Source: Peribolospora baueri (taxonomy: Eukaryota). From it: 64,000 nt of DNA. The notes under the pieces are model-generated. The model saw nothing but the letters and a program-made list of their open reading frames with translations, was not told the DNA's origin and made no database searches. Made by a program: the position numbers and the translations under genes. This document shows positions 35,539-49,818 of this stretch, one piece after another. The stretch's first letter is position 1, and every line of letters begins with the position of its first letter. The stretch is taken from the NCBI GenBank assembly GCA_029717555.1, contig JAMDHS010000013.1, positions 62,001 to 126,000 on the forward strand, read 5' to 3'.

Positions 35539-38429
35539 CTACGACTTGTAAGCGGACGCGATCTCGTCCCTGCAGAGGAGAACGGGGTAAGGTGCAGATA
35601 TCGGCGTTTGTCAGCGCCGTGCTCGCTCGACGCCGCCCAAGGGGCACAACAACACTCACTTGAACTTCTGCTCGATGGGCTTCCTCTGCAGCTTTTGGGC
35701 TGGCATCAACCGAGCGGACGAGACCAAGGGTGATCAGCAACGCGGTATAAAGACGCCTCCTTTTTCATCGAGCGAGCACGAAACCTCACCAGCGGTGACC
35801 GGAAGCTCTTCGTGAGTCAGGATGACGTTCTGGAGGCGCTCGAGAGGCTTGAAGCTGAAGGTGTGGAAGGAAATGGGGAAGTCGATCGGAGCGGCGGTCA
35901 GTGAAAAAGAAAAAGAAAAAGAAAAAGAAAGAAACAGGAGGAGAAGACCACAGGGACGGAATGCAAGCGGACGCTCACCCAGCCTTGGCGCCGGCGGCGT
36001 TCGTCTCCTTCAGCACCGCCGCCCTGACCTTGGGGTTAGCAGTGAGGCTCTTGAGCTCCTCATGCTTTGCGTCCGCATTCGGAAGGATGTCCTTGTCGGC
36101 GAGGTACGCTCGCAAGTTGGCCTCGTGAGGGAAGATGATAGCGATGGGCTGCTTGGCGTCCGAGTTGGCGTACACGCAGATATTGCTCACCAGCGGGCAC
36201 GACTTGTACGTTGATTCGAGCCGCTCCAGTGCGATGTACTACGGGTAGTAGGGCGCCGAGAAAAGAAATCGTAAGAGCCCGCCCTCAACGGGACAAGAGA
36301 CGAAAAAAGGGGCGGCGGCCGTGTGGGGTGACTCACCTCTCCTCCACTGAGCTTGACGAGGTTCTTGACCCTATCAATAACGCTCAGCGTCCCGTCCTTG
36401 TTCCACTGTCCGACATCGCCCGTGATGAGCCAGCCGTCCTCGGTGATGGCCTCCTCGGTGAGGTCCTCCCGCTTGAAATAACCCTTCGTGACGGAAGGGC
36501 CACGGATGAGGATCTCGCCCTGCGGAGGGTTGTTCGTGGAAAGGTAGCCCGCGTCGGCGACGTCGCGCAGCTTAATCTCAATCGAAGGGACGGGCACGCC
36601 GACGGGACCGCTGACAGAGAAAAGAGAAACGGGTCAAGATGAACATCTGAGGAACTTCGCAACCTCGGAGGGCATCCAGAACGGCACAGCACGCACTATG
36701 ACAGGAACTCCGGGGTAAGAATGGCGCACATTCTGCGGACGCGAAGAAAGGGGCGATCGATACAGTGAGCGAGAGCGTCTTTGAGAGGAACACCAAAAGG
36801 CGAAGGAGCGACGTCCCAAAGTGTATCGCAAGTTCGGACTCACCCGCAGCTCTCGGTCATGCCGTAGCCCTGCAACATGGTGACGAGGGAGAGGTCGAGG
36901 AACTCTTGCGTGTCGCGGCTGATGGGCGCGCCTCCGGAGAGGGCGTAACGGAGCCTTCCACCGGTCTGGTTCTTTACGGCAGAGAAGACGACAGAGTCGA
37001 CGACGTTGCTCAAGATGGGCACCGAGTTGCGCTTGACGGACAGGGCGCCGTTGAAGATGGTCTTCTTCAGCGATCCGCCCGCATTGACCTTGCCAATGAT
37101 ACCTTTCCTGATGAGCTCCCAAACGGCGGGGACTCCGACCATGATCGAAGGGCGGAGGGCGCGGATGTCGCCGACGCAGTTGCGCACGCTCGCGTCGGTC
37201 AACGTCTTTACTTTTCCAAAGCCGAGCGTGATGCCGACGTACGTCATGACACACTCGACGATGAACTCGAGGATGTGAGCGAGCGGGAGATAGGCCAGGT
37301 AGGTGTCGTCCGTAGTGAGGAGGTGGCCGAGAAGGAGAACGACGGAGGCGACTGCATCCGACCAAAGAGGGAAACAACGACACGGATCTCGAGTGAGTGC
37401 TGGGTGATGGGCCAAGCGTGCGGCCATTGCTAGAAAAGACGACTGACCAGCGGAGGTTAGGTTCTTGTGCGTGAGAATGACGCCCTTGGGGGCGCCCGTG
37501 GAGCCGCTGGTGTACATGATGCAGCAAACGTCGTCCGCGGTGGGCGGATCAAAGTCCACAGGGTTCTCCTTACCGACTGCACGCAGCTCGTCCAAGCTGC
37601 GGACGTCGAGGTCGGGACGAGCGGCCTTGAGCTTGTCAACAGTGCCTTCGGAGGGAGTGCCATCGTAAACGACAAGCTTGACAGTAGGCGTCTGACCGAT
37701 GACCTTGGTGAGCATGGGGAGCAGCTCGGAGTTGGTGAACACGCCCACCACGTCGGGCTCGGCAAGCGAGTGCTGAAGGCCCTCCTCGCCCAGAGTGTCG
37801 TAGGCGGTACAGATGGGGATGGTCTGAGCGATGCAGCCTGGACGGGTGGTCAAAAGAGGGACTGTATGTCAAGAAAAGAAGGCGCACGCGAGCGAACAAG
37901 AAGGCTGGGGGCGCAAAACCTACTCTGTGCCATCAGTTGCCAGTTGACGCTGCAATTTGCAGGGGAAAGCGGACGTAACACGTCATCCTCTGCGCGAGCT
38001 GAGTTGGGACGAGGTCACTCACCCGGTGGCCGAATAGATGTTGAACCGAGTCTCCCTACCGAGGCCAAGCGCCTTGAGGCCCGAGCCAACGATCTTCATC
38101 TGCTCCATAAACTCGGAGTAGGTCCAGTAACGGTACTCGCTGAGCTCGTAGAACTGCCACGTCTTCTTCTCCTTGGACTCCTTGCCGTTGACGCGCTTAA
38201 TGACGTCCTTCACCTCCTCGTGCACCTTGATCGTCTCGCGCCAGCCCACCATGGGCTTGTTGGGGTACCTGTTGGCGGCGACGCGCACGACGTCGTGGAT
38301 GGTCGTGACACCCTCTTCGGGGGAGTCGATGAGCTTTTCGGGGCTGCAGAAGGCGCGGCGGGGCCTGGTCTCGCCCTTGACGGCCTCGCCAGGCACTTCG
38401 ACCGATGCCGAGCGAGAGGTCGGGGCCAT
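35539..38429 (-). CDS. FAA1: Long-chain fatty acyl-CoA synthetase (Faa1/Lcf1-like), multi-exon
   Basis: CTAYDTLGEEGL; AMP-binding IMYTSGSTGAPKGV; YLPLAHILEF; QGYGMTESCG; GWLITGDVG; IDRVKNLVKLSGGEYIALERLES. Confidence 0.95.
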
Positions 38430-38526
38430 GGTGAAGCTTTGAAAGGGTGGGCGGGCTCAAAGGGTGGGGGCAGGAGGAAGGGCCTTGGAGGAGGCGGGAG
38501 AAGGGGGTTGTGATGACGATGAGCTA

Positions 38527-38606
38527 CTGTAAGTACGAGTTGCGTTGCGTTGCGTCTGCGTCTGCGTCGGCGTCTATGTCGTCCTCTCGCCGATGGCGTC
38601 GCTCAC
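38527..38606 (-). other. Probable 5' UTR intron of FAA1
   Basis: CCGAG|GTGAGC donor and TACTTACAG acceptor, 80 nt, ending ~100 nt before the ATG. Confidence 0.45.
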
Positions 38607-39736
38607 CTCGGAGGCTGCTGCGGCGGCAATTCGATCGGGTGGGGAAAGGTTGGCTTGCTTGATCGACGGCGCTGACGACAGGCGTGAAGGAGAGAGGACG
38701 AAGGGGGGGATGAGGGGTGGCGACGGAGCGGGTGGACGGTGGTGGTGGCGGTGGTGGTGCGAGCAAGGAAGCGGACGAGCGATTTACTTATTATTTATTT
38801 CCTCCTTGTGCGAGCTCGAGAGGGAGAGAGAGCCAGGCGGGGCGCACAAGCTAGAAAAGCGGAAGCAGCCACTCTCGCCTGGCCTCGACGGCGCCGCGCA
38901 GACAGACGTAGACAGACGTGCCCCCGTTTCACCTTCACCTTCACCTTCACCTTTTGTTCACGTCCTACGCTCGCACTCGCACTCGCACACCCTCCTGCGT
39001 CGCCTGCTGCTGTTCGCTCGACCCTCGCCGTCGCTCTCATCGCCCCGACACAACGCGTTTCATTCCACCTCTTCCCGAGCAGCCACAGCACACACGGCCG
39101 CGACCGGGGCCGTCGATGGATAGAGGCGTCGACGGCGACGCTCGACGGTCGGGAAACAGACGGAGCTCAAGCTGGCTGCCCAGCGAGTGCGGACGGCCGT
39201 GCCGTCGCCGGGTCGATCCGACGGACGGACGGACGGACGGAGGGGCGCTCGTGCGACGCTGGCGCCGTGCGGGGTTGCGTACGGCCAGGAAAGGGAAGGG
39301 GGCTGCGATGGACGGTGGAGGGCAGAAGGTGGAGACGAGGTGGGGAAGCCACGCTACGTGCTCCGATCCTTGAGCCATTCGTTCTCTCGTCGCCACTACT
39401 GCCTTTGTTGCCCTCGCCCTAATAATAAGGTGGGACGCCACCCGCTCGCTCAGCGCTCGCTCGGGCAACCTGTGCCGGTTATCACATGCTTCCACGCGCG
39501 CCTGCTTGCCAGTGATTCGAATCGCAATGTCCGTTCCATTCCATTCGCCGTCGTCGCCGCTGTCCAACGCAGAGCTACGGCACACATATACAACCAGTCC
39601 ACCCTGTCTGAGCTAAATCCCACATCTCAACCTTGTCCACCGACTCTTCTTCCCGTTGACACAAGCACAAACGACACGACACGACAGCTCTCATGCCCCC
39701 CACAGTCCCAGCTAGCGTCCACGCGTTCCAGCGCGC

Positions 39737-40128
39737 TCATACGCTGAAGCCGGCCACTTCGAGTAGTGTGGACAGCTGAAGATCGGAGCGAGGCCGTGAT
39801 AAGCGGGCATGGCATTGGGTAGAGCGTCATCAGCCAGGACGATCTCTTAACGGAACGAACGTGGCCCGAAGGAGAAGAACACGATCCGGCGACCCCACGC
39901 GTTACTCACCACCACCTTGGTAATGGACTTAACCTGACCGACATCGTATCCCCTCCGGTCCGACACGTCCCCAGTGTTGTGATACATTGGATCCGCGACC
40001 GCCCCGTTGCGCTCAAACACCCACGTCGACGGGAAGCCTTGCTCGATGAACGACTGGTGGTCCGAGCAGCAGGCGTGGGTGTAGCCCACTACGAGCTCGG
40101 GCGACTGGAGCGCGAGAGGGGAAAGCGG

Positions 40129-40162
<34 letters not shown>

Positions 40163-42128
40163 AAGAAAGAGGCGTAAATAGACGAGTGGAGCGAGGCCAA
40201 GAGAGGAGAGACGACTCACGTATAGAGTGGAAATATTCTGCACGAGATCCGTCTGCCATGATCGGCGTGAAGATGGGAAGGACCTCGGTTCAGCAAAGCC
40301 AGGCGACCGCACGAACTAAATGTCGCCAACCCATTTCTCCAGTCACTCACTGCGACCTGTGTACCGATCTTGTCAGGGAAGCCGATTTGGAGACTGTCTC
40401 GTCCACACACGCACACGGATGGAGATGGAAAAAGTCAGGCCACGCCAAGATCGGTCTGATGGACAGATGGACGCCGGAGGATACGATGGAGGAGCCCGCC
40501 GGACAGTATGAAAACTAGACTCACGGCTCGTCGGGGTGATGATATGCGAGCATCTGTGGAGGTGCGTTCATGGCAAGTGCGCAAAGATCGTCAACTATCC
40601 ACCTCTCACAAGGCCTCGAACCCGACTCATCCCCCGCACTACCCCCAACTCACATCAGCTTGAATCTGCAACGTAATGTTCGCTCCCTTGTCTCGCAACT
40701 GACGCGCATATGCCTTGGAACCGAGAAGGCCTTGTTCCTCGCCTGCAAAGGCGACAAGTTCGACGGAGCGGCGGAAGTCGACACCCCATTCTGCGATTAC
40801 TCGGGCAATGGAAAGAAGCATGGAGGTGCCCGATGCATCGTCGTCCGCGCTGTCGAATGCGAAAGGCAAAGTCCGAGCGGTTAATCAACCCTGTTTGGAT
40901 TTCCTACACCGAACGGGCTCCAAACACGAGCTCGGGGAGCTCGGATCAAGAACTCACCCCGGAGCACGCGTGTACCCAAAGCTACCACGCGAGTCGTAAT
41001 GCCCGCTGATGATGACCGTCGCGTTCGGCTCTACAGATCCCTCGTACCGACAGATGACGTTGGGAGCAAAGTGAGGCAGGAAGTCTTCAAGGCGACAGGC
41101 TGCTCCTGAACTTTCGATCTCGGCTAGTGCGATAAAGAAGGAAAAGAAGGGAGGGGGGGGGGGCATGAAGGAGACTCTCAGTGAGCCGAGCAAGGCAATC
41201 GGGTTACTTTGACATGCAATCGCTCACCCTTGATCCACCTGGCGGCCACTTGCGCGCCCTCGGAGTAAGACTGTCTGCTCTCGATCGGGCTGTCCGACCT
41301 CTCTCCCGTGAGCCACTTGATGTCCGCTTCAAAGTACTCCTCACGCAGCGTCGATCCAATGATATCGATGAGGGGGTCAAAGCGGAGATCCTTTAGAAGG
41401 TGGCTCAGGTGGCGCTCGTGCTCGGGCAGGTCGTCGTGGTCTCCTCCGCCCGTGGACTGAGGCAGAGGTAGAGGAGAGGAAGAGATGGCGACAACCTCGG
41501 TGAAGCGAGGAAAGCGCTCGGAGCGCATTAGACGGTGGAGACCGGCGGGAGAGGCTGCGATAACGACAGATCGCTCCGAGGCCCAAACCATCTGCGCCGA
41601 AGAGTCGTCCGTCTCAGAACCACCTTTGGCGACGATGAAGGGCAGCTGGGCGAATCCTGCCCGAACGCGGGGCCGCACACCACCCACTGGAGCCATGTCA
41701 TCGAGTGCGGCAAGCACTTGCTCTCCCCACGGCCTCTCGTCGTTCGGCTTGATGTGCTCCTCTACAACCGACTCTTCGAGATAGAACATCTGCCGATTGT
41801 CATGTGCGGCCAAATCGACCAAAGGAAGGTTCCATCCCACGACCACGCCATCTCCCTTCTCTCCCTCCGAAACAATCAAGTCAGACGGGCAAGGCGGAGT
41901 ATAGGAGAAGACGGAAACGCCGCCTGTACCGAAAGTGCCGTGGAAGGAGGCGCATTCGGGTCGAGACAAGGAGCGTGGATGACGTCGGGTGAAGAGGATG
42001 GTGGACTGGTCCGCACGCGGCAAGGAAAGCGGAGAGGGTGAGGCGGAAGGCAAAGGCTGAGGGGCAGCCGAAGCGCCGGCCAGGCCGGAGAGGAGCAGGC
42101 CGAGAAACACTTTGCTAGTTGAAGGCAT
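39737..42128 (-). CDS. Secreted M28-family zinc exopeptidase, multi-exon
   Basis: Signal peptide [77 protein letters not shown]. Confidence 0.92.
40129..40160. repeat. A32 homopolymer (intronic poly-T on the peptidase sense strand)
   Basis: 32 consecutive A, about 25 nt from a 3' splice site of the minus-strand peptidase gene. Confidence 0.95.
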
Positions 42129-43467
42129 GCCCGGCAGGTGGTGGGTGTGAAGGAACAGTGAGCGACGCTTGCTCCCATCCCCGGATCACTATCGCTCGCT
42201 CCAGACGGCCGCAGCGGGCGCGACGTTATATCAGCATAGCCCTTCTTTGATCTTACCCCGCACACGACGATCTGTCCTTCACCTGGTTTCATGTGCAACG
42301 TGCTCCTTCCAGACTTGCGCCTTCTGGGATAGGCCAAGTTTTCGTAGTCATCCAACTTGCAGCAAACGACGAGTTCACCGACGCTGTCACTCGAGCTGTG
42401 AGCGGCCTCCTCAGCGCTGACGAGGCGGCGATGGCGTGCTAACTGACCTCTTGGATCTCGTCAAGAGGCTCAAAACATCACCAGGAAGCATGGATTGTGT
42501 GATTCGCAGCCTTATTGACCATCTACTAACGTTGTCCTGTAAGGCATGTCCACAGCATGGGGCTGGATGAAAATCTGCGAGGCCAACCACCGACAACCAT
42601 CAAGTTGAAGACGGCTTCGCTGTGAGAAAGTGGGCCAGACGCATCTCGCCGTTGGCAGTACTCGCGCACTCTGGTTGAAGCTCAAGAACATCGGTGCTGA
42701 CACAATCCCGCGCTCATCGGCTCCGGTGCAGGAAGAGCTTCAAGACGTAATGGTCGAGGACAATGAGTTGACGAGGAAATTCGTCGACAGGGCCAGGCAA
42801 CTCATGGGCACAACGACCTCGGAGGTGGGCAGTCGGATGAAGGCTTTCCTTATCTCCTACTCAGCAAGATAGGATATGTTCCCTTTGATTAGTACTTGCT
42901 TCGTCGGTAACGACTATCTAAGACGTTGGTGGAGGTATTCTAGTCCTCTTCCTCCTTCCCCGCTTTGACCTGTCATCCTGAGTCCCACACATGTTCTGAC
43001 TTCCCCACGTGTAGTAGTGGCGCGCAGTGAGCTTTGGAAGGCACTGCAGTATTGATAAATCGATTATCGGAGTCGGCCTGAAGTCTTGCTTGGCGTCTCT
43101 CATGTTGGTGACTGAGGATTGAACAATAAGAAGTGGACGAGAGGGCCGGCGTCACTTTCTTCCCCTCTTCACTCAGTTTGTAAACGACGTAGTACGCCCC
43201 ATCCAAATGGGTCATGAACTCTGCAACATGTAGTGAACCGACGTGTAACGTTGCCGAATCTGACTGCGCACTTCGCTGCCTCCAAGGTGAACAGACCTAT
43301 CCTGAGTGACTACCGGGCAGTCATAACATTTGAAAGCCTCGCGCGAGGAAGCATCCCCAGATTCTACGAAGGTCGGCCATAATCGTAAGCCGATGTAAAA
43401 GTACAGAGGCCAAAATGGGCCAGCACGAATGGGAAATGGAAAGAATTCTGGACGGACGACGAAGGTC

Positions 43468-44636
43468 TCAGAACGCCGTCTTGCGCTTCCGACCGGTGTA
43501 GGCCGAGTCTCGCGGGACCTAGCAAGGGCAGACAAGCGAGGGCCGTAAGCGACCGAGGAGTGCACGGAGGACGACAACGTTTGGAATGGGCGGAAGAGAG
43601 AGCTCACCTCCTTGCCCTTTTTCCGGTACAGTTCCTTCTTCCTCAGAATCCAGTCTCGGTCCTTGCCTCCGCCCTTGCGCTTCGCCTTTTCTGCTCGAAC
43701 CTTTTCCCTCCTCCGCTTGTTCTCAAACCTGACCGCATCCATCTGTGTCTCATCGTCCACGCCTAATCTACCGCCGCCCACCGTCTCGCCTTCCTGAAGA
43801 GCTCTCGGTACCTCCATCTTCCGTGCCTGTGGACCCTGCCCGCCGACCATGAGGACGAGGTAGAACTTCTTCGCTTTCTTCGAATTGGGATAGTCTACCA
43901 CCAGTCCTCCGCTAAAGCCGGCCTTGATGGCAAAGCTCATGATGAACTTTACCTGTTCGTCTGACTCGGGATAGAACTGGAAGACGGCTCGAGCGCCGAG
44001 CGAGAGGGAGGAGTAGAGAGTGGTGAAGAAGGTGGCCAGGCGTGCGGCCGGGGAATGGGAGGATGCGTCGGCATTGCATAGCCATTGGAGGACGGAAATG
44101 CTGATTGAAAATAAAAAAAAGGAGTCGAGCGATAGATCAACGCACGATCCTGCGTTCCTTCCACAAGGGGAGTCAGCTCACCTAATGGCCCCGTCGAACG
44201 CTCCCGCCCTCCAAAAGCATCCTTGTCCAATATCTCCCCAAACAAGGTCTCCATCCACCTCCCTCTCAAGCGCAACTTCAAGCATTGAAGGTGCGATATC
44301 GACGCCCACCCACTCGTGACCATACTCCGAGATGATCTCACCCGAAAGACCGGATCCACAGCCGATATCGAGGAGGAGGGAGGGGCGGTCCTCAGGAAGG
44401 CAGAGGAGTTCGAGCGCTCGGTGGGTCATTTCAGACTGGATATTTTGGATGCGGGTGCTAAAATGGTCATGTTCGAAGGGAAGCACGCACAAAGACGTCC
44501 AGTTCGGGCTGGTGAGCTTCGTTGTCAAATCAAGCAAGGACACGCTCCCCATGCACGCTTACTTAGAGGTATACTTTTGCGCCTCGGAGTCGCCATAGAA
44601 AATCTCCGGAGGAGCCTTATGCTCTGGTCGCGACAT
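43468..44636 (-). CDS. BUD23: 18S rRNA m7G methyltransferase Bud23/WBSCR22, multi-exon
   Basis: MSRPEHKAPPEIFY; LLDIGCGSGLSG; FDGAI-SISVLQWLCNAD; AGFSGGLVVDYPNSKKAKKFYLVL; DSAYTGRKRKTAF. Confidence 0.97.
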
Positions 44637-44938
44637 GATGGGCCGGTGAGGCGATGGCGTGGAGAGGAAAGGAGAGGTAAATGGGGGGAGGGGGGTTAAA
44701 GTGACGGGTATGCACAGAAGCTGAGATGGGCTGTCGGGACGGAGGGAGGAAGAAGCCAAACGCTGCGGCAACGTCCATGTGAGGCTGACCGTGAGCACAT
44801 GCGGAGCCGATCCTTCTTTGTCTCACCACCACCATCAGCCACAGGACAATTGTTTCCCTTTCCCTTCTCCTAGAGACGCTGTCTATTTCATTGGGCCCCT
44901 CCACGTCTCCCTCCAGGATCATCCTCACACCTCCCACC

Positions 44939-46454
44939 ATGTCCTCGCCGCTTCTCTCCAACGGCTACAGCTACGACGACAACAGCGACTCGGACGACCC
45001 CGGGTTGCGAGCTCAGCGATTGCGGGAGCAGGCTGAGAGGCTAGTGGCAGAGGCCAATAGGCTCACTCTCGACGGGCCGAGCGCCTCAACTTCTTCGCGA
45101 GTGGACGTTGCTGGACATGGCCCACAGGAACGAGATCCCCACAACCCATCTGCTTCTGCCGGCGTCGCAGTAGAGGCGGCAGGAACCACGACGGATACAC
45201 GAGCTGGAGATGGCATTCACTCCTCGTCTCTGACCACTCCGCCAGGTCAATCTAGGCCACCATCTGTCCCCTTGGCCTCAGCTTCTGTACCGTCCATGCC
45301 GCCACCGCTCCAGTCTCCGTCTCCTCTGCTGGCGGGAGCATTGTCTCGGCACAGTCCCTTCTCACGGCGTCCTGGCGTTGCGGACCACGTTGCGACAGCT
45401 AACTCGAGCCGAGCTAGCAGCCCTGTGATCGATCCAGACGGCCTGGGCTGGCCGAGTGAGTGTCCGTTTTTGGCGCACACGTCCGATACGCCATCTGACT
45501 CCTCCTTTCCACCGGGGTTTTCTCGTCTCGTCAGGTAAAGGGGCCCTCCAACGCCTGCGCTCCTCCCCAGCCGAGAAAATAGAGCGGGAACAGAAACTGG
45601 CCGAGGCGATAAAGACGGTGTTGGAGTGCATTGGTGAAGACCCTAACCGCGATGGATTGCTCAAGACGCCGGAGCGGTATGCCAAGGCATTGTTGTGGAT
45701 GACGAAGGGCTACGAAGAGAAGTTGAGCGGTGCGTTTCGTCTGTCGACTTTAGCGAATGTAACCGGCTGTGGCGTTCGTTTGCTCACTCTCTCGTTCATA
45801 CGTCTTGGGCCCCCTTCAGATGTCATCTCCAACGCCGTTTTCGACGAAAACCACGACGAGCTGGTCATCGTGCGCGACATCGAGGTCTTCAGTCTTTGCG
45901 AGCACCATCTCGTTCCTTTCACTGGAAAGGTGAGTACAATGCTCGATAGCACGGTGGCGTCAGCATCATTCCCCGCTCCTACATCTCGGCCGGAGCTGAT
46001 TTCCAAACAACTTCCTCGGTCTTTCGCATATCCCACCCTCTCTATCTATGCACAGATGTCTATAGGTTATATCCCCAACCGCCTCGTCCTCGGGCTCTCT
46101 AAGCTGGCTCGCATAGCCGAGACGTTCAGTCGCCGCTTGCAGGTGCAAGAGAGGCTCACGAAACAGGTCGCGCTGGCTGTCGAGGAGGCCATCAGGCCTA
46201 GGGGCGTGGCCGTGGTCATGGAGGCTAGGTGAGTGGTCACGTTATTTCTCAGTCTCCTCGGCTCATACAAGCTCACTCGCTGTTCACGATCCATTCGTGT
46301 CGCTCTGGACCGTCTGCGTCGTAGTCACATGTGCATGACGATGCGTGGCGTACAGAAGCCAGGTTCGTCAACGATCACCTCGGCCATGCTCGGGTGCTTC
46401 CGGGAACGCCAGAAGACGAGGGAGGAGTTCCTTACTCTCATCAGTCGGCGGTGA
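44939..46454 (+). CDS. FOL2: GTP cyclohydrolase I, multi-exon
   Basis: [66 protein letters not shown]. Confidence 0.97.
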
Positions 46455-48011
46455 TAGGCAGGGCCACTCCGTCTGGGATCGATAAATAAATTACCGGACT
46501 TTGGGTTAGCGTGTGATATACGTGTACGGATACGTTGGAGACATGCGCCGTCAGGCACACACGCTGGACGATATGAGCAGTGTACAGCGCACTGCTCAGT
46601 ATTTGGATGCTTGGGAATCTTATTTGGAATGACTGTGTCGGTATAAGTAGGACGCTGTGGCCGTATGACCCCTCGCAATGGCCTGGGGAGGGCGAGAGCC
46701 TTGGCGGGGCTCTACGTTATTGCAACCTGTCACGAAAGTCATTCTAGCAGAAAACCAAGAGGGAGCACGCCAGTCGGACAAATTGTTGCACGTGACCGGT
46801 GTGCTGCGGCAAGATTTTTAAGGACGGCGTTAAGCCCTTTTCAGTGAGTAACAACGCATGCTTACCTTCTCTTGACCGCAGCCACGAGGCCCGTCCATCC
46901 AACATCATCGTCGTCCGCTCCTCCCTCCACCGACCGACCTTCTCCTCCTCACCTTCCTTTTTTCCGTTCCCCTTCTCTTTGCCTTCGTCGCCCTTCCCCA
47001 GCGTCGTCAAGGTTCGCCCTCCTCTTCTTTTATCCCGTCTCCTTCCCTCCTTCCTGGTCCCCTCCAGCTCCATTCGGTCACGCTAGGCTGCCGCAAGCCG
47101 TCTGGACGTCGCCCTCAAGCACGTACGTACGCGCCTTCCGTCGTGCGTGCGCTGCTTTTCCATCCTCAGCGACCCCCTCCCCCTTGACCTCCAGGAGCGA
47201 CGAGCCGGCTCGTTCCCTGCTGCTGCTCCTTCTCCCCATCGGCCACTGTCCAATCCGGCCGATCCAAAGCCGGGTCGATACGCGTGTCAGCCCCCCGGCG
47301 CAGTCCATCCTTCCTGCTCGACTCTCTTCGACTACGGAGAACGAGAAACGACTGCAGCGAGGTCGAACCCTTCCTTGTTGAATTGGCGGTTGGTTCAGGG
47401 GTACGACTAGCTTAGCGCGGCGCGGGCTACGTTCGTTTCGTCCGGTCAAGGGCAGAGCAACTCAGGCAGGGTCCGAGAAGGCAAGCGGCCGAGCGAGCGA
47501 CAGCCGGATTCTTTTGCCGCCGTCTGTCTATTTGTCCGTTTTGATCCACCCGCCGAGGTGGTCGCCTCTGGCTCTGACGTCGACGCGTCCCTAGCTCCCC
47601 GTCGCGATCTCTCGGTCGTCCCCCTTTTCCCGGTCGTCCGATCACCTACGCTCTTTGCCTTCCGTGGTCCTACCTTCCCTCCCTTCCTCTTTGCTCTTCC
47701 CTTGTTCTTGTCCGTTCTCATTTGCGGAGACAAGCTGGAAGCACGTGAGCGGCCGGCCCCTTTCCCACCCGACCCCCCTTGGTCCAGCCTTCCGTGCTAA
47801 GGCCTGTCTCCCGACGCCTGACGACGTCCATCCATCCGCGGCAGATCTTTGCGCCTTGTCATTCCATTCCCTTCCTGAGCCAGTCCGACCGGCGAAGCGG
47901 GCTGGTCCTCGAACCCGGTTTGAGCAAGTGCCGAGGCAGCGATAGACACTCGCTCTCCGTTCGACCGAAGGAAGGTCCGATACGGTCCGTCTCGCTTGAG
48001 CGTTCGTCATC

Positions 48012-49818
48012 ATGGCGTCCAGCTCGGTAGGCGAAGCTGAGAAGAACAGGTGAGCTTGCTGTTTCCGTGTGTGTTCATCTCGCTCCCAGTGGCTACTTCC
48101 GTAGCCCTTCCCTCCCGAGCGCTGCATGTCTTCGTCTGGTCTACCTTCTACATCGTTTCGTAGCTATGTTACGAGATTCCACTTTGTGACTCCTGTCTTC
48201 GCTACTTGCGCTGACCATTCCGTCACCCGGACCGTCTTTCATTCACACGCATGCTTTCCCTTTTATGTGCCTTCTTCGTCACCTGCGCCTTCCGTTACCT
48301 GTTCAACAGCGTGGTCATCAAAGTGGGCATGGTGGGAGACTCTCAGATCGGCAAGACGAGCTTGATGGTCAAGTATGTCGAGGGGAGCTTCAACGAGGAT
48401 TACATTCAGACTTTGGGTGAGTGATGTCGGCATAGGTCACGCAGGGGAGCATGTGTGTGCGACATGTTTATGCGGACGTATTAGGATCCAGGCTGTGATG
48501 TCTCCTACGGCGTGCCACTGTCATGGTTCTGCTTTCAAGCTGACTAGACTTTCTTTCGCTTGTTTGCCTTCTTGTGACCTGCAACCCTGGTTTTCAGGCG
48601 TCAATTTCATGGAGAAGACGATTAGCATCCGGAACACGGAGATTACCTTCAGCATCTGGGATTTAGGCGGTGAGTGTGGCCGTCGTCATTGACGTACTGT
48701 TGAGGAGAGTTGACCTTACTTTATACGCGTCTTTCTTGGAATCGGTGGTGATCTCGTTCAGGCCAACGGGAATTCGTCAATATGCTACCTCTGGTGTGGT
48801 GAGCCGTCACAGCGCAATTATCGTTGAACGGCTAGAGAATGATCAGAACTTTATTGAACTTTATCCCGCTCGACTCCGTTTGTCCTCTGGTTCGAAATAG
48901 CAACGACGCCGTCGCGATCCTGTTCATGTTCGACCTGTCACGAAAGTCGACTTTGAACTCTGTCAAGGAGTGGTACCGACAAGCGAGAGGATTCAATAAG
49001 GTGAGTGGGACATTTTTGCAGCGCCTGCTGTGCTTTGGCACCCGAGAAGTCTTGAGCGCTGTTGAGCGGCGACAACTGTCGAACCGCCGGTGCTTTGAAG
49101 GCGACAGCGAAGTCTGTTCGTCTAATCACACTTCGGGGTCGACGGTCCTGTCGCTGGGACGTGACAATGACGGGCTGGACACGGAGAACCACTCCCCGGC
49201 ATTCGCAGCTCTGCAATAGTATCTTTTGCGTCATCCCGGTATTGACCATCAGGATCGACGCGCCTCTAATCGCAGACCGCGATTCCTTTCCTCGTCGGCA
49301 CCAAGTACGACGCGTTTGCCACATTCCCAAAGGAAGAGCAAGAGGAGATCACGAAGCAGGTGAGACCATGTTCTGGCCATGGAGACGGTGATGGCGTGCG
49401 AGTGACTGGACTAACCGTGGGCCTTGCTCGCTTGCGTGGTTTTATCGCACAGGCGCGAAGATTCGCTCGGGCGATGAAGGCGCCGCTCATCTTCTGCTCG
49501 ACGTCACATTCCATCAATGTGCAGAAGATCTTCAAAGTGGGTCGACTCGACTGAGATTTGTCCTTGTCTGGCGGGAATCGCCCATGTGCTCTGGTGAATG
49601 TCGAGGGGAGTGGCGGCTGACTGTGGATGGATTGCAGATTATCCTGTCGAAAGCCTTCGACCTCAAGTGCACCATTCCTGAGATAAAAGGCGTCGGCGAG
49701 CCGCTGCTCATCTATGTGAGTACGCCTGGAATGGCTGCATCTGGCGCGGATAGGAGCCTGAACATGGTTTTTTTTAATTTTGCCCCGCCGATGTGCGCCC
49801 GACCAGGTCGACGTATGA
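48012..49818 (+). CDS. SPG1: Septation/mitotic-exit GTPase Spg1/Tem1, multi-exon
   Basis: [88 protein letters not shown]. Confidence 0.97.

Noticed and set aside
38925..39240. (TTCACC)n, (CGCACT)n and (GGAC)n runs upstream of FAA1
   Set aside because: Ordinary short microsatellites like others in this window
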